Part shown: positions 14,690 to 32,750 of the stretch, one piece after another
Numbering within the stretch: position 1 is the stretch's first letter
How the letters are laid out: the number at the start of each line of letters is the position of its first letter
Source of the DNA: Macrostomum hystrix
Lineage: Eukaryota; Animalia; Platyhelminthes
NCBI GenBank assembly: GCA_950097015.1
Contig: CATNEN010000038.1
Coordinates: forward strand, 19,282,001-19,346,000
DNA: 64,000 nucleotides
Reading direction: 5' to 3'
The notes under the pieces: model-generated
Seen by the model: the letters and a program-made list of their open reading frames with translations, nothing else
Told to the model about the DNA's origin: nothing
Databases searched by the model: none
Position numbers and translations under genes: made by a program

Positions 14690-14895
14690 TCCAATCAGGA
14701 ACAGCTAATCCAATCACTTTGTCTAATCAGGATCAGCTAATCCAATCACTTTGTCCAATCAAGACCAGCTAATCCAATCACTTTGTCCGATCAAGACCAG
14801 CTAATCCAATCACTTTGTCTAATCAGGATGAGCTAATCCTATCGCTTTGTCTAATCAGGATCAGCTAATCCTATCGCTTTGTCCAATCATGATCA
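14690..14895. repeat. 32-bp minisatellite (CCAATCA-rich) 3' of the zinc-finger gene
   Basis: Unit caatcactttgtctaatcaggatcagctaatc, about 6 copies. Confidence 0.9.
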
Positions 14896-15519
14896 GCAAT
14901 ATCATAACTTATTGTGCAATGAGTACCGGAAAGATCTAATCACATCATCAATCAGAACCTCCATTATTGAGTCTGTATAAAGTCGCAATTCATATTAGCT
15001 AACCACGAAATAAAAATTATCATATTTAAAATAGAAATTTGCGCCATTTCTAGATTTCCATTTGTTCCCCTCTGTCCTAGTCATTGTTTTATTGCATTCC
15101 ATTCGAAGACACATTTGCGTAGTCACGTGAGATTTTTAGCTGCTGCTTTCAGCTATTTCTTCTTCTCAGCAGATTTTTGTTCTAGAGGTTCGGGCTTCGC
15201 TTTTCGCCTATTGTGCAAGATTCGACAGTTTAATTTGTTTCTTCAAACTTTACTAGATTTGTACTTGTTGGATTTGGATTTTGTACAGAGCTGTGAATCC
15301 TGTCATTCCACATTTCAATTCAGTCACTAATTTCAGTGTCCACGCAATCTACTGACTTGCTCTTGATATTTGGTGTTCAGTAATAAAAGTCACTTAATCT
15401 GCTTAGCATAAGTTTTCTTAATTATTGATACCCTGGCTCATTTTATTGCCTTTAATTAATGTGTTGACTTCTCACGTGACACTAAATCGCATCACACATC
15501 ACACTATACACTTTGGGAT

Positions 15520-15880
15520 AACTTTTAGATAAGATATAAGTGACACTTTAAGATCACTATTTAAGAAAGAAGTGGCACTTTAAGGCCACTATCTATTAAT
15601 AGAAGTGGCACTTTGAGAGGCCACTGTGATAGATAGATGTGACACTCTTTTCACAGTGGCACAATAAAGCCACTTTCCATTGAAAGAAGTGACTCAATGA
15701 GGCAACTATCCATTGATAGAAGTGGCACTATGAGGCCACTATCCATTGATAGAAGTGGCACTATGAGGCCACTATCCATTGATAGAAGTGGCACTATGAG
15801 GCCACTATCCATTGGTAGAAATTGCGCTTTGAGGCCACTATTCTAAGGATAGAAGTGCTAAGAGGCCATTTTAAGGCAAC
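15520..15880. repeat. 33-bp minisatellite with internal inverted motif AGTGGC/GCCACT
   Basis: Unit agtggcactatgaggccactatccattgataga; homogeneous core, decayed flanks. Confidence 0.85.
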
Positions 15881-16195
15881 TATCTGTACTGTTTCGATTG
15901 CCTGAGTCGAGAAACTGTTGCCTTTATTGAAAGGCAACTATTTAGGAAATAGTTTAGGAAATATTTATGACGCCATACAATATTTAGGAAACTATTCGCA
16001 TCGATATATTGATATATTGATTGGCGGCATGATTGTTGCTCAGACTGATTATAAACAGGTTTATGCCTGCGGTTGCAATTGAAATCTGACCTTTATTATC
16101 ATGCCTTCCTTCAGCTTCCTAACTACTCCACAAATCTATCGTCGTAAGAGAAGGATTAAATATCTGGGCTCATCATCATAGCTTTTGTTGTTGCT

Positions 16196-17605
16196 ATGAC
16201 AACCAGTTACACCTGCGAGCACCTGAGCAGCCAGTTGGGTCCAGGCAGCCCTGGTCGCGGCCAATACGAAATGCTGCTCAAGCGCCTGGTCCATCCGCGC
16301 AGTCCGGTTGAACGCGTGCTCAAATCGCAGAAGCAAAAATGCGCGCAATGCGATAGCACAACCAGAGTGCACGCCTGCCTGCTCTGCGTGCACTTCGGTT
16401 GCTATGCCAACGGTCATATTCAGCGTCACGTGGAGACGGCGCACGCCGCTGGCGACTCGCCAGCTAGACTAAGCGTCGATCTGAGCTCCGGCCAGGTGTT
16501 CTGTCACGAATGCGGCGACTATCGCTACGATCTAGGGCTGCTGCAGCTGCTGCGACAGTGCCGCCGGCGGGCCTTCAAATCTCTCGGCGTGCCGAACTTC
16601 TTCGAAGACTGGATCCCATCGGAGGAATTTCTCACCGTGCTGGCCAAGAATAGGACCAATTTGCGAGTGTCAACCAATCAGCTGCTTGGCCTGCGCGGTC
16701 TAGTTAACCTGGGCAACACCTGCTTCATGAGCTGCATTGTTCAGGTTTTACCTTTGGTCGCTATGAAATAATCCTCCACTTATGAAAGAATGTTTTCCCT
16801 CTCAGCCATAGACATCGTCCCAAGGTCCCTGAGCTCGAATCCGCGGCGAGGCCACACTCGTTTGGGGCCAGGCGTCTAAAAATCACTGCCTATCAAATAT
16901 TAGCTTTTTTATGCTATAGGGGTTGTAGCCTTGTGGTTAGAGCGTCGGACTTATGACTGGATGGTCGCGGGTTCGATTTGCATCTCCACAGGAACAATTT
17001 GTGTCCTTTAGGAAGACACCTAACTCTGCGTTGCTTCAGTTCACCCAGGTGTTTAATTGGGTACCAGCATTAGCTGGGGTAATTGTAGGTGGGTGTGGCG
17101 TCCCCCCAGTCCATGGACTGAACAGCCGTACGCAGCTTTCAGATGCGCCGCGCAATAGCTGCGGCTGTGTTTTCGGCTGCACATGTGGCCCAATTGGGCA
17201 GGTGTTATCAATTATCAATAACATTTTTATTAATATGTAATGGAGTTCCAGTGATAACAATGACCGTATCCCGCAGGCCCTAGTGCACACTCCCGTGCTT
17301 CGCGACTTCTTCCTATTGGATCCGCACTCCAGCCTACGCGAGCACCCGGCCCTGTCCTGTCTGGTGTGCGAATTTGCCAGACTATTCCGCGAGTTTTATT
17401 CAGACTGCGACAATCCGTTTGTGCCTAGCAGTGTGCTGCACCTGATCTGGGTGCACGCTCATCACCTGGCTGGCTATGAGCAGCAGGACGCTCACGAGTT
17501 CCTCATGGCCGCTCTAAACCTGCTCCATCAGCACTTCCAGGCTGACAATGGCAACGCAGCCGGGCACGGCAGTAACGGCTGTTCGGTTGGGCATCAGCTC
17601 CAGCT

Positions 17606-17637
<32 letters not shown>

Positions 17638-18865
17638 GGAGCCCCTGCCGATGCATTGTCGACCAGGTGTTCTCCGGCGAGTTTCAATCCGATTTGAAGT
17701 GCCTCGGCTGCGAGAGCGTCTCGCGCACCATCGATCCCTTCTGGGATATCTCGCTAGATATGAACACGCTGGCTAGCGAAAGTCAGACTCTCGGCTGCTC
17801 GCTGGAACGGTGCGGACCCCTGAACCTTCAGTGCGCTCTCCGCTACTCTCCTGAGCCTTCAGTGCACCCTCCGCTACTCTCCCTGAGCCTTCAGTGCGCC
17901 ATCCGCTACTCTCCCTGAGCTTTCAGTGCGCCCTCCGCTACTCTCCCTGAGCCTTCAGTGCGCCCTCCGCTTCTCTCCCTGAGCCTTCAGTGCGCCCTCC
18001 GCTACTCTCCCTGAGCTTTCAGTGCGCCCTCCGCTACTCTCCCTGAGCCTTCAGTGCGCCCTCCGCTTCTCTCCCTGAGCCTTCAGTGCGCCCTCCGCTA
18101 CTCTCCCTGAGCCTTCAGTGCGCCCTCCGCTACTCTCCCTGAGCCTTCAGTGCGCCCTCCGCTTCTCTCCCTGAGCTTTCAGTGCGCCCTCCGCTACTCT
18201 CCCTGAGCCTTCAGTATGCCATTGCCCTCCGCTACTCTCCCTGAGCCTTCAGTGCGCCCTCCGCTACTCTCCCTGAGCCTTCAGTGCGCCCTCCGCTACT
18301 CTCCCTGAGCCTTCAGTGCGCCCTCCGCTACTCTCCCTGAGTTTTCTGCTACTGCCCTGAACCTTCACGTCCTTGAACTCAGTGTTTTACTAAACCCCCC
18401 TAATCAATAATTTGCAGGTACATCGCGCCTGAGCACCTTGGCAAAATTCGCTGCTTCCGCTGTCAAACAGTGCAGGACTCAATCAAGCAGCTGACATTTC
18501 GCAAGCTGCCAGTTGTAGCCTGTTTTCATTTCAAACGATTTCAGCACGCCTGCCTGAATCACAGGAAGATTAGCACCCACATCTCATTCCCGGAGCTGCT
18601 GGACATGACGCCATTCATGTCTAGCAAGGCTAATCACGACGATTCCTTAGAACGGCTTGGAAAACAATATCGCCTATTTTGCGTAGTGAATCACTCTGGC
18701 AGTCTGACCTCCGGTCACTACACCTGCTATGTCAGGCACAACAGCAACACCTGGTATAAGTGCGATGATCATCAGATTAGCGATGTGCCATTCTCAGAGG
18801 TGCTCACCTCAGAAGGCTACCTGCTTTTCTATCATAAGGTCATTCTGGATTATCACGTCACCTAG
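16196..18865 (+). CDS. USP22: Ubiquitin carboxyl-terminal hydrolase 22 (SAGA deubiquitinase, USP22/27/51 family); exons 16196-16744, 17277-17809, 18418-18865
   Basis: ZnF-UBP, Cys box GLRGLVNLGNTCFMSCIVQ|AL, LAGYEQQDAHEF, His box VVNHSGSLTSGHYTCYVRH, EGYLLFYHK; splice phases consistent. Confidence 0.93.
16815..16870 (+). mobile_element. SINE family B 5' fragment
   Basis: caaggtccctgagctcgaatccgcggcgaggccacactcgtttgggg matches the family B head. Confidence 0.6.
16918..17215 (+). mobile_element. tRNA-derived SINE family A, near full length, CORE-like central domain
   Basis: tRNA-like head with A/B boxes, then gtgtcctttaggaagacacctaactctgcgttgcttcagttcacccaggtgtttaattgggtacc, then a hairpin-rich tail; in USP22 intron 1. 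Confidence 0.85.
17818..18365. repeat. 32-bp minisatellite filling USP22 intron 2
   Basis: Unit gccttcagtgcgccctccgctactctccctga. Confidence 0.95.
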
Positions 18866-19004
18866 GAATGACACTTTTGACTCCAAAGTGAACAGCATCT
18901 TTGTACTGACCATTGTCACGCTGAGATTGCCATTGAAAACCAAATAATAATGGTTTCTCCTTTAAGCTTTCCGTTTGCTTTCATTCTACAGAGCATCACT
19001 CCTA

Positions 19005-19340
19005 AGCCTCTGATAATCCCCCTGATCCCACAGCTGTTGGCCTCCGTTAATCCACCTGATCCTACAACTGTTGGCCTCCGTTAATCCATCTGATCCTTTG
19101 ACTGTTGGCCTCCGATAATCCGCCTGATCCTTCAGCTGTTGGCCTCCGATAATCCCCCTCATCCTTCCACTGTTGGCCTCTGATAATCCCCCCTGATCCT
19201 TCCGCTGTTGGCCTCCGATAATCCCCCTGATCCTTCCGCTGTTGGCCTCCGATAATCCCCCTGATCCTTCAGCTGTTGGCCTCCGATAATCCCCCTGATC
19301 CATTTGACTGTTGGCGTCCGAATAGCCCCTTATCCTTTAG
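19005..19340. repeat. 34-bp minisatellite 3' of USP22
   Basis: Unit ctgttggcctccgataatccccctgatccttcag. Confidence 0.9.
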
Positions 19341-19939
19341 TAGAATTTTTTTATGAACCTGTGCATTGTTGTCATCGAATGAATATGATGTTAGAGCACT
19401 AGGAACACTGCACAGTTTATACACTCTTAGTTACCTCCTGTCCATTTAAAATCATAGCCTTAGCATTAGCATTGAGTCACACTGTCTAATTCATTAATTC
19501 GTCTACTCACTAGCTTGTTATCCCGTTCCACGATTTTGATAACAAGAAATCGAAATCTTTATTCAGGCAAATTTGTATTTCTCTATAATGCCTAATTTTT
19601 TATATTCAACTAGATTACGCTGATTGTCTAACAATTATGCTTAATTTGTTTTATCATAATGAATCGGTTAAATTTAGTTTCGATTTTTGCAAGCCTAGCT
19701 GACTTTAATCGCTTTTTGAGTTCTGAGTTTTGCCACAAAATTTATGTCTGATTGTATTTTCCATAATTGTAGATTTTTTTGCTTCTTTCAGGTTGGTCTA
19801 GACTCCCTTGCTACATACTCAAACCCCACAATAAGTTTCTTTGTATTAGCTGTGTCAGTATTTAAAGTGAGTTCAGTTATTTTGTATTCTCTAGTGCCTA
19901 GTTTATCTAAAAGCTGAACATTTTTAGGACCCGTAAACT

Positions 19940-20715
19940 AGATATCCCATGATTGAACTTGGGAAATACTCTAACCCTCATCCTTTTATCCAGTTATCCT
20001 CATTTCTTTCCATTTAACCCAGATATCCCCATGATAATCTAGGGACATCCGTTAATCCTGATCCCTTTCCATATAATCTCGATATCCCCATGATAATCTA
20101 GGGACATCCGTTAATCCTGATCCCTTTCCATATAATCTCGATATCCCCATGATAATCTAGGGACATCCGTTAATCCTGATCCCTTTCCATATAATCTCGA
20201 TATCCCCATGATAATCTAGGGACATCCGTTAATCCTGATCCCTTTCCATATAATCTCGATATCCCCAATAATAATCTAGAGACATCCGTTAATCCTGATC
20301 CCTTTCCATATAATCTCGATATCCCCATGATAATCTAGGGACATCCGTTAATCCTAATCCCTTTCCTATAATCTCGATATCCCCAATGATAATCTAGGGA
20401 CATCCTTTAATCCTGATCCCTTTCCTATAATCTCGATATCCCCAATGGTAATCTAGGAAAATCCGTTAATCCTAATCCCTTTCATTATAATCTCGATATC
20501 CCCAATGGTAATCTGGGAAAATCCGTTAATCCTGATCCCTTTACTATAAGCCTATAATCTAGGTATCCCAATGATAATCTAGAGTCATCTGTTAATCCTG
20601 ATCCCTTTCCTATAATGTCGATGTCCCCAATGATAAACAGGAAAAATACTTTAATCCTGATTCCTTGATATTGATATCCCCAATAATTAAGTGGCGATAT
20701 CACATAATTCTGATA
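19940..20715. repeat. 59-bp minisatellite
   Basis: agggacatcc recurs at 20041 and 20100 and onwards; degenerate ends. Confidence 0.92.
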
Positions 20716-21178
20716 CCTTTAAACCATTTATTTGATACTATTATTTAGTCTAATCTCGCAAAGATTTGTCACTGACTGCTGATTGCTCACGCACTGAAAT
20801 ATATACGCTGTCTAAATATTGTTGTATGAAGTAAATTCCAAATGTTTCTTTATTATACTCTACTTGTAAGTAGTAACAACAGTGTATGAATTATGCCCTA
20901 TGTTTCGCGACCTCGCGCACTCCGTGTAGCTACGAGTAGCTGCTAAATCTAAATGTTTAAGTGGATCGCTTCTGTTTAGTGCTTTCAGAAACCCAACGTA
21001 CCAAGCGTACCAACGCTTGTCTTTCTTCTGTTTTCTAAACTCAGGCTTTCATCTCTAGCTCTAGACTCTAGAGTTCCGTCTTCAATGCTCTGAAATTTCT
21101 TTTGTTGTCAGCGCTAACTCTCTGCCTATAACTTGCGCATTGTTGAAGAAAAATCGAAACCTTATTGAAAAATAAGGT

Positions 21179-21180
<2 letters not shown>

Positions 21181-21213
<33 letters not shown>
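21181..21213. repeat. (AAT)11 microsatellite
   Basis: Seen directly. Confidence 0.9.
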
Positions 21214-21479
21214 TGTGAGTGGTGTGGCTTTCGTGTGTCATTTAATCACTCGCTCAGTTTTGCTAATCGTGCGTAGCGCAAGCAGTTGTTCACTGATTTA
21301 ATATAGCACCGAGCGAGTAGTACATTGCCATTAGTTGATTTTTTTCTGTTAGAGGATTTTGTTTCGCTTACAGTCGGCCGAGTTGCTGTCTTTTTACTTT
21401 AATTGTTTGTTCATTTTATGTACGGTTAGGTTCAGGATGTGTTGATGTGCACAGGCTAGCTTTTATCTAATTGTCTTCC

Positions 21480-22420
21480 CAATGTGTATTGAAATCTTAC
21501 AATCGCATAGAAATTCTTTTGACATCCCACAATGTCCCAATATCCTATAGAAAGTGTTTTCAAATTCCAGAATACCCCATGAAATGTCTATTTAAACCCC
21601 CTAAAATCCCATAGAAATTGCATTCAAATCCTAGAATATCCCATAAAAGGTGTTTTGAAATCCCAGTTTGTCCCATTAAAGGTGAATTGAAATCCCACAG
21701 TATCCAATGGAAAGTGTATTGAAATCCCACAGTATCCAATGGAAAGTGTATTGAAATCCCACAGTATCCAATGGAAAGAGTATTCGAATCCCACAGTATC
21801 CAATGGAAAGTGTATTGAAATCCCACAGTATCCAATGGAAAGAGTATTCGAATCCCACAGTATCCAATGGAAAGTGTATCGAAATCCCACAGTATCCAAT
21901 GGAAAGTGTATTGGAATCCCACAGTATCCAATGGAATGTGTATTGGAATCCCACAGTATCCAATGGAAAGTGTTTTGGAATCCCACAGTATCCAATGGAA
22001 AGTGTATTGGAATCCCACAGTATCCAATGGAAAGTGTATTGAAATCCCACAGTATCCAATGGAAAGTGTATTGGAATCCCACAGTATCCAATGGAAAGTG
22101 TATTGAAATCCCACAGTATCCAATGGAAAGTGTATTGGAATCCCACAGTATCCAATGGAAAGTGTATTGGAATCCCACAGTATCCAATGGAAAGTGTATT
22201 GGAATACCACAGTATCCAATGGAAAGTGTATTGAAATCCCACAGTTTCCAATGGAAAGTGTATTGAAATCCCACAGTATCCAATGGAAAGTGTATTGAAA
22301 TCCCAGAATATCTCATTGAAAGTGTATCGAAATCCCAAGGAATCCTACAGAAAGTGTCTTGATGTCCAACAATGTCCCTATATCCGATAGAAAGTGTATT
22401 GAAATCCCGAAATATCCCTG
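21480..22420. repeat. 32-bp minisatellite upstream of DUS4L
   Basis: Unit aaatcccacagtatccaatggaaagtgtattg; decayed flanks. Confidence 0.95.
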
Positions 22421-22537
22421 GACATCAGGAGAAGATTAGAGAATAAATACCCCCCTAATACCACACTCAAAAGCAATTCGCAAGAAGCGTACAGTCGTTA
22501 TCTTGTTATTCTAACACATCGCCCTGACGTCCTGCAG

Positions 22538-23881
22538 TCAGCGGATTCGCCTAGCAAGCTATCGAAATTCTGCCGGCCCGGCAGGCCTTATGTTCGAATC
22601 TGCGCTCCGATGGTTCGCTACTCGAAGCTGCCGTTTCGCAGTTTAGTCCGAGCATACGACTGCGATCTTTGCTGCACGCCAATGATTGTGGCCTCATCGT
22701 TTCTGTGCTCTGACAAGGCCAGAGACAACGAGTTCATCACTGGGCCGGATGATCGACCCCTGATAGTGCAGTTCGCCTCGAATGATCCGGCTGAATTTGC
22801 CGCCTGCGTCCGCATGGTTGAGCCGCACTGTGACGGTGTAGATTTAAACTGCGGCTGTCCCCAACGATGGGCCAATCAGCAGAATCTGGGCGCCTGCTTG
22901 TGCGCCAGGCCACAACTATTGGCTGAAATGCTGCAAGCCGCTAGAGCTGCTTTGAGACGTCCCGAAGAATTCGCATTGTCTGTAAAGATTCGACTATGCC
23001 CAGATATGCGGGACACAGTGCAATTGTGCTTGGTGAGTATAATAAACTAATTAACAAAACAGGCTAAACTTCAGTAAAAAGTAGCCGTCAATGTGTCCTT
23101 ACTAGAGTTGTGTGCTATGCTATAGTTCCTTCGCTTCTAAGTAGCAATAAATCTGGCCTTTTGAGTGCTAAACATAGCCATTAATCGGGCTCGTTCGCTG
23201 TGTTGCTAATAATAGCCACCAATCAGGTTTGTGCGCTGTTACTAAAATAGCTACCAATCAGGTTTGTGCACTGTGTTGCTAAAAATAGCCACCAATTGGG
23301 TTCGTCCGCTGTGTTACTAAAAATAGCCACCAATCAGGATGTTGCTAAAACTTGTAGCTAGTCTAACTGCACTTAAACAAATAGTCGTAAAATGTCTCCC
23401 CTAGACCCTAGACAAAGCCGGAGCCGATTGGATAACTGTGCACGGCCGCACCCCAGCTCAGCGTCACGAGCCGGCCGACTGGGACGCTCTGTCTCGTCTG
23501 TGCTCCGCTTTGCCTTCGCGACTAGCTCTAGTTGCCAATGGCGACGTGTTCAGCTCGGCTGACGCCGATCGATTGCACTCCGTCACCGGCTGCCGCGGCG
23601 TCATGTCCGCCAGGGGCCTGCTGCGCAATCCGGCCATGTTCTCCCCAGCCTGTCCGCTGACAACGCCGGACGATTGCGTTCGCAGATTTCTGCGCCTCAG
23701 CATCAGCCTGGGCCTGCCCTATCCCGTGTTTCATTATCACCTGGTGCACATGCTGGAGGACCGGCTCAGCCGTGCCGATATGCACTTCTTCAACTATTTG
23801 ACTAGCGTAGCGGCTGTTATCGATTTTATTAACCAGTGGGTGCTTTGCGATTCGGCTAGCAAGCCGCGGACACACGAGTAG
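22538..23881 (+). CDS. DUS4L: tRNA-dihydrouridine(20a/20b) synthase-like 4; exons 22538-23032 and 23405-23881; first genomic ATG at 22610
   Basis: ICAPMVRYSKLPFR, DRPLIVQFA, GVDLNCGCPQRWA, ITVHGRT, VANGDV, GVMSARGLLRNPAMF; phase-0 intron TTG|gtgagt...cctag|ACC. Confidence 0.9.
23170..23350. repeat. Degenerate 36-39-bp minisatellite in the DUS4L intron
   Basis: Recurring aatagccaccaatcagg...ctgtgttgctaa. Confidence 0.7.
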
Positions 23882-24134
23882 AACCCTCTGGCGTCTCCTA
23901 TTTTTCCTCTCTTGGTGAAAAGCATTTTTTGCACAATATACACTTTTTAATAATCTATAAATAGCATCCTATGTTAATTTATTTTTCAATGCTTTGATTT
24001 GTGCTGTTGCTTTGACAATACTTTAATTATATACACGCTTTTAACATGTTCTTCTTGATTTATAAAAAAAGTTTAGTCGACCTTCGGTTTTTTATATTTA
24101 ATTTGATGTATTCTTTTTCCTCTCATCACCTTCT

Positions 24135-24720
24135 ATTCCCTCCCTTCGTTTTTCTTTTCCTCCCTTCACATTACAATCCCTCCCATCACATTCCTTTCCA
24201 TTTCTTCACTTTCCTTTTCCTCCCTTCACATTACAATCCCTCCCATCACATTCCTTTCCATTTCTTCACATTCCTTTTCCTCCCTTCACATTACAATCCC
24301 TCCCATCACATTCCTTTCCTTCCTTTCACATTCCCTTCCCTCCCTTCACAATCCCTTCCCTCCCTTCACATTCCTTCACTCCTTTCACATTCCTTCACTC
24401 CTTTTACATTCCTTCACTCCTTTCACATTCCTTTGCCTCCCTTCACATTCCATTGCATCCCTTAACATTCATTTGCCTCCCTTCACATTCCATTCCCTCC
24501 CTTTACATTCCCTTGCCTCCCTTCACATTTCTCTTCCTCTCTTCACATTCCATTCCCTCCCTTCACGTTCCATTCCCTCCCTTTACATTCCTTTGCCTCC
24601 CTTCACATTTCTCTTCCTCCCTTCACATTCCATTCCCTCCCTTCACGTTAAGCTCCCTATCTTCACATTCCTTTCACTCCCTTCACATTCCATTGCCTCC
24701 TTTCACATTCCTTTCCTAGG
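24135..24720. repeat. C/T-rich 20-bp minisatellite (60-bp higher order at the 5' end) between DUS4L and AMPK
   Basis: Recurring ccttcacatt. Confidence 0.9.
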
Positions 24721-24934
24721 TTCACGTTCCATTTCCTCCCTTTGTGTTCCCACCCCTCCCTCATATTCCTTTCCGTGCCTTCATATGTCATTCTTTCTTA
24801 TTCTTTCCCGTATTTTTTCCTGAACAATGAATAATTTCTCAGTCTTATTTTGCAGTTTCTTTAAGTTTCGTTTGTGTTGTATTAATTTCAGCAAGGCAGA
24901 AACTGGCTATTAGAAACTGAGAGAAGCAAATTAA

Positions 24935-30393
<5,459 letters not shown>

Positions 30394-31211
30394 AATGAGC
30401 AAATAAAATTTTTTTGTCGCGTTGAACGAGTTTAAACCAAGCTTGAAGATTTTTCAGTCAAATTATAAAAATACTCCCAACTTTGTGTCTGATCCCCGTC
30501 CGCTGACTGAAGTTTCTCTACATTAATTAATGAGTGCTGCGGTGATTCACAAACGATGCACCGAAACTGTTGCGCACTATTGCTTTTCTATTTGTATGTG
30601 TTTAATAAAAACTGTTTCTTCGTGTTGAGGCTACGCTCGTAAAAGATATATATTTTTGGTATTGCATTTCATTTAGAGAATTTATTCATGGGGTTTCAAT
30701 GTCGGTGGTTCATCAAATTGAAGGTTGGTGGTTCGATTCCTGAGTCTACTGGGTCTACTTTTTGGCTTAAGCTGTGAAATTGTAGAAATTCGCGTCAATG
30801 TCTATAGTGGCATATTTCCACCTGTTGTAGCCCTTGAAGGTCCAGCAGTACGTCTAGATAAAGGTAGGTGACCACCGAAGACGGAGATGATGCAGGCACA
30901 TTCGGGTGACATGCTGATCAATTTTGAAGGCCTGGCAATGCTGCACTGAGGCGCAGTGCTAAGTTGTGTATATGGGTGTATAGAATACACTAGCGCTTAT
31001 AGGAAAAATCTGACCTTCGGCCGGAAACATTGAATATCTCGACGGTCTGAAGAGCTGGCGACTTGATTCTTGTTTCAGAAGATGCCCAACCAAAAGATGG
31101 CCCGTGTTCTTGAGTCTCGTGTGCTTGCGTTGCTCCGTTCGGGTGCAGCACAAAAGATTGTCAGAGGGGAATTCCCCCCTTGGTAGTTCTACTATTCACT
31201 GTGCATAGCTT

Positions 31212-31340
31212 CAGGTACCAGCATTAGCTGGGAGTAATTGAGGATGGGCGTGACGTCGCCCAGTCCATGGACTGAGCAGCCGTACGCTGCAGCCTTCAGA
31301 TGCGCCGCGCAATAGCCGACATGGCGGGGCGGCTGTATTC
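31212..31340 (+). mobile_element. SINE family A 3' half
   Basis: ggtaccagcattagctggg...cagtccatggactga.cagccgtacgc...cagatgcgccgcgcaatagc. Confidence 0.75.
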
Positions 31341-32134
31341 ATTTTTTTATTATTTGCTTTATAGTATGGCTTAATAGTAGACAACTTCCCTGTCAATTAA
31401 AATTTTTAGTTTTAATCTCGCCAAAAATACCAAGAAAACTCTCATTTCGCTACTTATAGTAAAATAAGGCGCACATGCTTCATCTTTTTGTTGTTTAAAT
31501 TATTAAGATTAGAATTCGTTTTTACTTTATTAGCAGTAACGACTTTTCTAGGAGAAAATAATTAGTGTATTCATTTTATTAAGCAATGGTTTGATACGAA
31601 CCACACGAATGTGTTCAATTAGAAAACGAGCCTATACTATTTGTCAATTTCGCATTCATTGTGATTGCTTTTGTTGTTTGTTTTGAACAGGATTTTATTT
31701 ATATAAAAAGAGCAAAACTGTAACTTCTTAGTTCTTCTCACATCGTAGTTTTCGGTATTTGTAAGTAATATGCGATTCTAATGTATTACGATAGAAATTA
31801 TGTTAATGGGCATTGTTTATGTTGAGTAAAATTGCGCTCACTCTCTGGACGGTAAAATTACGTTTACAAATAGCGCACAAATATAATGGTATACTTATAC
31901 TCGTATTTTAGCTATATTACCCGTACTATAATCAATTGTTGCTTTACCAATCATCACCTATAACATGCTTCAACCAATAATTTTATTCTAAAGCATAATT
32001 ATAAGTATAATGGTAATTGTCTTTTTTTCCTGCTTTAGATCAATGCCGCTTGGGTGTCTAGAATTTTTCTTTTAATACAAAAAAGTTTTTAAATTATGGT
32101 GGCTTATCAGAAACAGCGATCTACTGTATATTAC

Positions 32135-32750
32135 CATGGATTGGCCAATCAGAATCAGCCTTTTACCTATATTAGCTCGTAGATAGGATTGACCACCAAT
32201 CAGAATCAGCCTTCAATCTATATTAGATAGGATTGGCCAATCAGAATCAGCCTTCAATCTATGTTAAGTAGGATTGGATTGGCCAATCAGAATCAGCCTT
32301 CAATCTATGTTAAGTAGGATTGGATTGGCCAATCAGAATCAGCCTTCAATCTATATTAAATAGGATTGGATTGGCCAATCAGAATCAGCCTTCAATCTAT
32401 GTTAAGTAGGATTGGATTGGCCAATCAGAATCAGCCTTCAATCTATATTAAATAGGATTGGATTGGCCAATCAGAATCAGCCTTCAATCTATGTTAAGTA
32501 GGATTGGATTGGCCAATCAGAATCAGCCTTCAATCTATATTAAATAGGATTGGATTGGCCAATCAGAATCTGCCTTCAATCTATGTTAAGTAGGATTGGA
32601 TTGGCCAATCAGAATCAGCCTTCAATCTATATTAAATAGGATTGGATTGGCCAATCAGAATCTGCCTTCAATCTATGTTAAATAGGATTGGCCAATCAGA
32701 AGCAGCCTTCTATCTATATTAAATAGGATTGGCCAATCAGAGTCAGCCTT
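32135..32750. repeat. 46-bp minisatellite containing palindromic ATTGGCCAAT
   Basis: Unit ggccaatcagaatcagccttcaatctatgttaagtaggattggatt. Confidence 0.95.

Noticed and set aside
16918-16990. tRNA genes (also 2050, 25660-25728, 56326)
   Set aside because: No complete cloverleaf; each continues into a shared SINE body.
21560-22338. Long ORFs on both strands in minisatellites (also 24046-24823, 26774-27714, 28301-28966, 29291-29846, 34315-34632, 58020-58904)
   Set aside because: They are translations of stop-free tandem repeats in introns or intergenic DNA, with no protein features.
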